NCBI GenBank assembly: GCA_009914755.4
Contig: CP068257.2
Span: 22,592,001 to 22,656,000, forward strand
From: the human T2T-CHM13v2.0 reference genome, Homo sapiens
Direction of reading: 5' to 3'
DNA: 64,000 bases
The notes below the pieces were generated by a model. It searched no databases, was not told the origin of the DNA, and worked only from the letters and a program-made list of their open reading frames with translations. The translations under genes were made by a program, and so were the position numbers. Below are positions 55,236-64,000 of the stretch, piece after piece (position 1 is the stretch's first letter; every line of letters begins with the position of its first letter).

Positions 55236-56107
55236 TACCATTCAGTACATAACAGACCTCTAAAGCTTCAGGATCTCTTTCTGTATTTTAATGCCTTATA
55301 AAGGTAAAGAATTAGGAATAACCCATTAGTTTCAGGAGCTTACTTAATCTCAATCCTGTTTAAATCACTACTAAACATATCTTATACTTGATGGATCTAA
55401 GACCCTGCTTGTAATTATACAGCGTCCCTCCTTTTCTCCTGAGGACTCACTCTTATTTTGAGGAATCTCAACTTAAACTTTGTTTCAATTTGTCCTGATA
55501 ATTTTTATTCTTTACTTTTGATAACATATATATTTTCAAAACTAAAGACAACCTTCTATTTTACCCTTTAAATACAATTTAAAATGAGTACAATTTAAAC
55601 TTTGAAGAGAGATTTACACACATATTCCAAATTTTAAAATGTCAAAAATTATAACTTGTTACATTTTGAATATCAGAACTGGATCTTTGGGGGTTTTTTA
55701 AAATAAAATAAACATTGGTTACTGAAAGCAAAACTGTTGCTATAATTGAAAGTTGTTGAAGAAATAAAGGCTTCCATTCTTTTTCCTAAATAGGGCCTAT
55801 TTATTTTCATTTTGTCTTTTTAGAGCTGTGCTTGCAAATGGCAAGCAAAATGAAAGATTGAAGCAATTATCCACATCATTCAGATCAAATATGCTCTCAT
55901 TAAATAAGAGCAGATGGTGTGGATAAAAATTGTAGCTTAAAGGCTATGTTCCTCATATAAGGCACATGAAAATAGATTGTTTCTTCTGTGCATTTATTTT
56001 AGAAGTCTACACCTTCCCTTACAGACGAGTTTATTTAAAATGTTAAATGGAAGCATTAGTTATAACTTACATTTAATTAGTTTAAATTAATATGTTCATT
56101 AATTTAG

Positions 56108-56223
56108 ATTTTACTACCCTTTTGTAAACTTGGTGAGTGTAGTTTCTGTTATAATAAAAATAATAAGAATATAATAAAAATTTAAAAACTACACCCACCA
56201 AATTTACAAAAGGGTAGTAAAAT
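56108..56223. repeat. Inverted repeat (palindromic element) with 38-bp arms (2 mismatches) around a 40-bp AT-rich loop; candidate MITE-like DNA-transposon relic or hairpin-forming sequence
   Basis: Left arm attttactacccttttgtaaacttggtgagtgtagttt (56108-56145). Right arm aaactacacccaccaaatttacaaaagggtagtaaaat (56186-56223) is its reverse complement apart from 2 positions. Confidence 0.85.
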
Positions 56224-56624
56224 GAGTATATACTCTTACACCATTAATTAGAATATAAATGTTTTATCTGGGCTTCTGGCATCCGCTGCTGGAAGCTGCG
56301 AGTCCCTCAATGCCCTCCACCTTCCTCAGAAATATATAGATGCCTGGAAGAAGGATACACCAAGGCACCAATAGATGTCAGAGTTTATTGTTTCCAGAGT
56401 AACTGCAAACCACTTCCCCAAGAAAAAGTGCTCAGGTTAGATCCCAAGTGAAACAACAGTGAATAGGGGCAGGAGGCTCTGGTTTTTATTGTGGTTAGGT
56501 GCTGCAGCCGGGGTGGTTTTCCTGCCTGGCTTGCTTGCCAATCAGCTTCAGGTATGATGCCAAACGTCATGAGGTGTGGGGAAGGGCTTGAATGCTGTCA
56601 GAAGTCAAACATCAAAAATGGTGT

Positions 56625-56930
56625 CAGATTTGTTTTTTTTTTAATTTTAGATTTAGTGGATACATGTGCAAACTCGTTACATGGATATAGTGTGATGCTG
56701 AGGTTTGGGTTTCAGTTGAGCTCATCACCCAAATGGTGAAAATAGTATCAGATTCCTTTTAAACACTTGCTTCTCTCTCTCCCTGCCTGCCTTTCAAGTC
56801 TGCAGTGTCTGTTGCTCCTCCGTTTAGGTCCGTGTGTACCCAATGATTAGCTTCTACTTACCCATTTTTAAGAGAACATGCAGTATTTGGTTTTCTATTT
56901 CTGTTAATTCACTTAAGGTTTCTGGGGGAC
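56625..56930 (-). mobile_element. Decayed L1 3'-end fragment(s), antisense
   Basis: T-rich run then ...agatttagtggatacatgtgcaaactcgttacatggatatagtgtgatgctgaggtttggg... and ...ttaagagaacatgcagtatttggttttctatttctgttaattcacttaaggtttctgg resemble the reverse complement of the L1 3'UTR (...tacatgtgca... / ...gagaacatgcagtgtttggttttctgttcc...). Confidence 0.4.
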
Positions 56931-58234
56931 ACTTTGGAGATAGACATCAAGAACTTGTGTAATGTTTACACTTTTTAGATATTCTTAATTTTGGAAATGA
57001 TTCTAATAAAATAATCGTAGACATTCACAAAGATATTCATACAGAAGTTTATTGTGATATTGTAATATTACATGACAGACTTGAAAAAAGTTTCAAATAT
57101 ATCAAATTATACAATTAAATATGAAAATAACATATTTTATATAAATTATTAGTTTACATGCTTAGTAAATTGAATACCATCCAAATATTTAACAATAAAT
57201 ATCTTATAAGGATACTTTTAACCAAAGACAGAGCTCAAATTACAATCATGAATTAAATGAGAATATAAAACTTTTTATGGAATATGACGTCCCTCTATGC
57301 AAATATATGCATATGTATTATTTTGGAAGGAAATGTACTATATTACTAGTGGTTATTCCACTTGGTTTGACTATGAATGCTTTTCATCTTCTATGTATTT
57401 AACATTATTTTCTAAATTAATAAATTATAAATATTTATTACATACATAGAAGGAAATATTATTATTTTTTATTTTCAGAAATATATCAGAGAATATCTTT
57501 TGAATTAATCATAGTCTGATAATTTCTCATAGCATATTTGGGGAAAAATTTACAGTAATCCCAAAGATACCTGCTTATTAGAAATACGCATGTAGAGTGA
57601 GAGCCTTATTTAAGATTAGAATCAAAGTACATTTGAGACGATCTTCTTTTAATTTAAATTTAAAACTCAATGTTGGTTGCCTAAAAATTACTAGAGCATG
57701 ATTATATCAAGCTTCTAAGCTTCTGAATCGGAATTCCTTATTAAACAGAAAAATAGCTGACAATGTGAAAGTAACACTTGGAGGCTCTGCTGGAATAGTT
57801 CTTCCTCTTTAAAAAATTTAAACTGAAGAATGTAGTCAATAAAAAGTAAATGACTACTGAAAAATAAAATATGCAGTTTAAATTATGTGTTTCCTGAATG
57901 CTCAATTTCTAATTATTACTATGAGTCCTGGCACCAAGGTCCTGGTTTTTGCTTTATTATCTTGCTTAGTGTGTGTGCTCACCAGGACGTATCATTCTGA
58001 ATACAAGACACATGGGTTTTCTTTTCTTTCCTTTATTCCTTGCTTTCTCTCTCTATTTATTTCCTATTTTATGATAATGCTTTGCAGGAAAGATGATTTG
58101 TGAAGTGGTTGTAATCATTTTATAAACATATATAAGTTATAAAACCAAGATCATCTGGCAGCATAAAACAATTTTTAAAAACTGCACAGATTTTTGAAAC
58201 TTGCATTATCTTATCAGGATGGGTGTTCCCTGGA

Positions 58235-58510
58235 CTAATAGTTTAATTATATTGAGTCTCAATTTCCTCATATATAAGATGAGAGCTATATTTGTCATAC
58301 TTTTAGAAGTTTTGTGTATCACTTGACTGGTTGGGTTCTTAGCAATGTTTAGGACAATTATTAGGCATTTAAGTTATAATGAGTTATAAGTTACAATATA
58401 ATGGATTTTTATTTATATAACAAATATTTGCTGAGAACCTATCTTATGTCAGGCTCTCTTCCAGTTCCCAGGGATGTAGCAGTGAAGAACACAGATGATG
58501 CCCATTGACT
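58235..58510 (+). mobile_element. Possible ancient MIR/L2-related fragment
   Basis: ...gagtctcaatttcctcatatataagatgagagc... resembles the MIR core (cctcagtttcctcatctgtaaaatgggg). ...caaatatttgctgagaacctatcttatgtcaggctctcttccagttcccagggatgtagcagtgaagaacacagatgatgcc... resembles the widespread L2/MIR-type motif (tatttattgagcacctactatgtgccaggcact...ggggatacagcagtgaacaaaacagac). Weak, by-eye call. Confidence 0.3.
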
Positions 58511-61180
58511 GCACACACTATGCAAATACTTTAACATGTTATTAATATTATTATGCTATCATTAACATTATTAAGGTAGTTATGAGAGTAAGTAGAATAT
58601 TATCTTAGATGTTTAGGGAGTATTTCCTAGGTTCAGCTAGAACTCATTGATGTAATACATTTAAACTACTACTAAAAATATATGCCAAATGATTTCATAT
58701 ATTTGCATGAGATAAAATGAAATGACTTCTTTACAGCTCTCAAGAACATAATAATAACATTTTCCATTTCCTGATTCTCAGTGTAAACCTGTTAACTGGA
58801 ATTAAAAATGCATTGTGGTCTGAGAATTTTCTTAAAGAAGACATACTGAGTTCAATAAGTTTCCTTAGAGTAACTGCAATAGAGAGTTTTATAGCTGTAT
58901 TTCTCATGATGTGCTTGAAATAAATCAGTGGCACAATGGTAAAGGGTGTGTAAGATTGAGATAAATCTAGAAAGGCCCCTAAAAGTGGAAGTATATAACT
59001 ATCTCATCGACTCAATAGAGACACTCAAACCATCGGGATGTATGCTATACTCCACTTGTGAACATGTTTTTGTTTTTTTTTTTAATTTGATGGCACACAA
59101 ATATAATTTCACATAAATATTTATATTCTCAGCTTTCTACAAAAAAAATTGGAAGATATGGCAACATTTAGCCTACACTGATGCACAACGACCACATCCA
59201 ATATATGAACAACTACTTTTCCCCTTAAATAATGCGTAAGTCCTCAAATTCACTTACTACCTACTGTTGTATGTTCTGTATTCCAGCCCAACCACAGTGG
59301 GTCTTGAAGTTTGAAGTCATTCACCATATATAAGTATATACTTTTATATATGTAATGGAATGTTTTTGCTTTGTTTCATTCAAAAAACTTTCCTTAATGT
59401 TATTTCTTCAACTGTTGTAAGAGATGTATTTGGAGATTATATTTTCTACATATATATTTTTATATATGTAATATATAATATATATGATGATATAAATACA
59501 TAATGTATTTATGTAATCAAAATGAACCATATAAATTTATGGTCAGGTGTGCTGTTTGATATCATTTCTGGAAATCTGAAAAGAGTGCCTGAACTTAATA
59601 TTGCTAACAAGGTATCTTTATTGGTTCTAACAATAGAGTAAAAAATGTAGACAATGCCAAAGTCTTCATGGAGTTTACATTCCAGCGACTAAGGCAGTAG
59701 ATAAGAAGAATAAATAAATTATATAATTTTAGATGAGAAATACAAAGACATTAAAGGAGAAAAAGAGGAAAGAGAATGAATAAATTTGGGTGCTGATTAT
59801 TTTAGAGTAGATCAGACAATTCCTCTATGAAGACACAGTATTTGAGGAGAGAGATGGTAGGTTTTTATATTTATTATTAGTAATTTTATTCTGATGTACA
59901 CAGGAGACATTCCGAATCAGATTTCTAATTAATTAATTACATTACATTGAAAATAAGCATGCTGCATCCTAACCTCCTTGCTTCAGTCCTTTCCTCTTCA
60001 GATCATTCACTGAAAACTCAGAGAGGTTGGAAGCTGGTTTTCAAGTAGTGGTAGACTCCATAGGTGAAAGATGAGCAAAAATAATTTTCTCTGTGTATAA
60101 AATGGAAGAGGTAGCCGTCTCACTCCCTTCATGAAAGATTTCTTCTTTAGTCTAATCCTTAGTTATGTAAATAAAATATCTCCAGGAACCAAGTATCAGT
60201 ATAGGTCTTGGATTTTACAATCTAGAAGTGTCTCCAAGTACTTAAGTAGATAGCTCCCTAGATTCCCAGACACCTGTGGCTTAACCTAGAACCTAGTCCA
60301 GGCTGCAAACTCTTGACCCCCTCAGAGACATTACACTGTTTTTATTATCCATTTGGATTAGATAAAATCACTAGAAAAATTGCTACACAGCTAATCCTCA
60401 CGGTATGTGACAAGTCATAAGAGGCTTTCTCTCCTCTCTCTCTCTCTCTCCCCACATATATACAAGAACATTTAAAATTCAAGGAAGTTTCATTTCCCCA
60501 CAAAACATGAATACATGAGCATGCATGAGGAAATAAGCCACGTGGCAAATCTTGTGGGAGAAGGTCTTGAGCAGAATCTCCTTCTGGGCAGTTGGGGCCT
60601 GCATTAGAAGACTGAGTGCTTCAACCAAGTGACCCTGTATTAGACCATTCTTTCATTGCTGTAAAGAAATACCTGAGACTGGGAAATTTATAAGAAAAGA
60701 AGTTTAATTTGCTCAGGGTGCTGAAGACTGTACAGGAAGCATGGCAGCCTGTGCTCCTGGAGAGGACATAGGGAGCTGTTACTCATGGTGAAAGGTAAAG
60801 TGGGAGCAGGCACTTCACATGTTGAAAGCAGGGGCAGGAGAGATGGGAAATGCCCACACCTTTAAATGACCAGATCTCGTGAGAACTCACTATCATGAGG
60901 AGAGTACCAAGGGCATGGTACTGAACCATTCATGAGAAGTGCATCACCATGATTTAATCACCTTCCCTCAGGCCCCACCTCCAACACTGCAGAGTACAAT
61001 TCAACATGAGATTTGGGTGGAGACACAGATTCAAACCATCAGACCCTGAAACACGGTGATATTTTTATCTTTTCCTTAAGTTATTTTCTAATCTTGTCAT
61101 AATTAACTGTCTTAACCACAACCATTTATACCTTTTACTCAATAAATTAGCATGTGAGTTCTGTATTCAAGATCTTGGGG

Positions 61181-61574
<394 letters not shown>

Positions 61575-61603
61575 CTATTTCATCTACATATTCATGGAGA
61601 GTA

Positions 61604-61641
61604 AAAAAAAAAAAACAAAAACAAAACAAAACAAAAAAAAC
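61604..61641. repeat. A-rich low-complexity tract (A)n(CAAAA)n
   Basis: aaaaaaaaaaaacaaaaacaaaacaaaacaaaaaaaa. Confidence 0.85.
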
Positions 61642-62286
61642 TTTGTCTCTTCTTTATGGTACAGCAATTAAATAATAATATCTGTAAGTCATACCAAGTT
61701 AAATCAAAGAACATAATCAACCTGACAAACTCCTCTATAAACTTTCCTGGATCCTCCAAAAACTGGACAAACTTTCTCTTTGCATAAAGTCAAATCAGAC
61801 ACAGATGGATGGAAGAGTGTCCCCTCTGCCCACCTCCAAAATTGGAGCTTAGCCTGGGAGGGTTCTTTGCTTCACTCAGGAAAGAATTTATGAGTGAGCT
61901 GTTGGTGGAAGAAAGCAGGTATACTGAAGCACTGGAATACACACACTGACTGCTCCTTGTAGAGCAGGGCAAATCCGTAGGTGGTGTGACCAGAGTAGCA
62001 GCATACAAGCTGTTGGCTAGCAGTGTTTACACTCATTTTTAATTATATGCAAATAAAGGAGCAAGTTATTCAGATATCTCTAGAAAAGAAGCAGTAACTT
62101 CTGGGTGTTGCTGTGGCATTTGTAAACTGTCATAGCATTGGTGGGAGCGTCTTACGTGCAGTGAAAGCAACTAGAGTTTGCCTTCCGTGCCATTTTGCTG
62201 GTTCGAGTTTCTTTTTTCCATTCTGTCGGGACCAGGATATAAGTCCTGCCAATCTCCTGCTCTGTTTCCATTAGCTCTTTCCCATT

Positions 62287-62605
<319 letters not shown>

Positions 62606-63157
62606 TAAATATTCTTCCTGCTTTTGTTCCAGCAGAATTGAATTCAGCCTCTTTCTCTTATTGAAATTGTTTTGAATCAAGTCTTCCTTGCCTGTTTCAC
62701 TTATCAGCTGCAATTTTCTTTGAAAAGCAAACAAAATGACAAATGCAGTTGCAAATATATTCTCAAAATCTGATTCAAATGGGCATGTTTTAAAGTATAT
62801 ATTAACCAAGGCACTTTCATGACCAGCCAGATATATTGGAAGCATGCAGTCTCCAGAAGCACAAGAAGGCCTTTGGCAAATCCTCAGGGTGCTTTTGTAG
62901 GAAGCTACTTTGCTCAGTGTTCTAAAGCATGATCTTATGGTGAAAAATGGTAAGAAGCAAATGCAGGTTGTTAGTTTGGAGGACCACTGGGATTTTGAAA
63001 AGATATTTACTTTATGTTTTGTAATGATCAAAATGTTAATACTGATAATATTAATAACAATAACAGCTAAAGTTTACCTGCACTAATTACATATAACCCT
63101 CACAACTTGTTGTGAAGAAATTTTTTTTTTAGATTTTTTTCTTGTTTTATTGTTATA

Positions 63158-63320
63158 CTTTAAGTTCTGGGGTACATGTGCAGAACGTGCAGGTTTGTTA
63201 CATAGGTATACATGTGCCATGGTGGTTTGCTGCACCCATCAACCCGTGATCTACATTAGGTATTTCTCCTAATGCTATCCCTCCCCTACCCCCACCACCT
63301 GCCGACAAGCCCCAGTGTGA
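63158..63320 (-). mobile_element. Short L1PA-like 3'-terminal fragment (~165 bp), antisense, preceded by a T-rich tail
   Basis: tttttttttt agattttttt cttgttttattgttat then actttaagttctggggtacatgtgcagaacgtgcaggtttgttacataggtatacatgtgccatggtggtttgctgcacccatcaacccgtgatctacattaggtatttctcctaatgctatccctcccctacccccaccacctgccgacaagccccagtgtga is the reverse complement of the L1PA 3' terminus. Confidence 0.85.
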
Positions 63321-64000
63321 TTTTTTAACTATTTTACTGATGTGGAAAGTGAAACTTAGGGAGATTAAAAGCAAAGCAATAATTTAAGTCGCTATTTCCA
63401 TAAAAACATGTTTCTGAGTTGGAGCATAGATCTTCCAGTAATACCCTCTGCTCTTTTATTTGTGAAATCACTTTCCAATAAGGTATTATGGACTATATTC
63501 AATAACACAACAACGTTGACCCAGATCAATTTCTGAAATTCAGTCAGGTGTATGACATTGGCTCAAAACTCCTTAGCAAGCCATGAACGAGCATGTGTGA
63601 TCATGAGTTACATAGTTTGTTTGATAAGGGAATTATAATTTCACAAGAACAACTGTTGCCTTCTACAAGCCAGCCTGCAGAAGATTCCTTGTGCACTTCA
63701 CAGAAGGTAGCTGGGTAAATGTACATTGTTCTAACTTTTTAAATTATAATTTTTCTCTTGGTTTCCTAAAGAATAATAAAAATGTTAAAAGCTAAAGCAC
63801 TTATTAGATGCTTAAAAATTAATAAAGAATGCATAGGTACAATTGAATTACTATATATTGCAAGATTATAAATATTCCTGGATTATAATATAAAATAGCA
63901 TTAATATCTGTATTTTACATAAGAGGAAATTAGGCGGCTGTGGTCACTTAGCTAATAGATGTAGGATTTAGGATCCAGATCCGTGTATATTTAATTTTAA

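Overview
Human (primate) genomic DNA from an AT-rich, repeat-dense intergenic or deep-intronic region; it is not a microbial window. By eye I find no convincing protein-coding exon, RNA gene, CRISPR array or novel system. Nearly every ORF in the six-frame track is explained by Alu sequence or by decayed LINE-1 ORF2. The landscape is: (i) at least 17 Alu SINE insertions in both orientations, several AluY-like with intact target-site duplications (TSDs) and long pure poly-A tails, plus one free left Alu monomer (FLAM) with a perfect 13-bp TSD and one isolated left-monomer fragment; (ii) two large LINE-1 clusters, a plus-strand cluster at ~20.7-24.1 kb and a minus-strand cluster at ~24.4-29.4 kb, each a younger L1PA-like 3' fragment nested in an older L1; (iii) a twin-primed (5'-inverted) L1 insertion with TSDs at 4.2-4.9 kb; (iv) scattered old L1 3'-end fragments, a MaLR (THE1/MST-type) solo LTR, a probable ERV LTR, and other ancient repeats; (v) several microsatellites: (GT)n x3, GATA-type x2, (TA)n x2, (CT)n, and a compound (TAA)n(TCA)n. 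The most unusual local structures are a ~99%-identical 2x212-bp tandem duplication inside an old L1, a 2x42-bp tandem duplication, a 160-bp polypyrimidine mirror-repeat tract, a 38-bp-arm inverted repeat that looks like a MITE, and a head-to-head Alu/FLAM inverted pair. Old-repeat family names and exact boundaries are from memory of consensus sequences and should be confirmed with RepeatMasker/Dfam.
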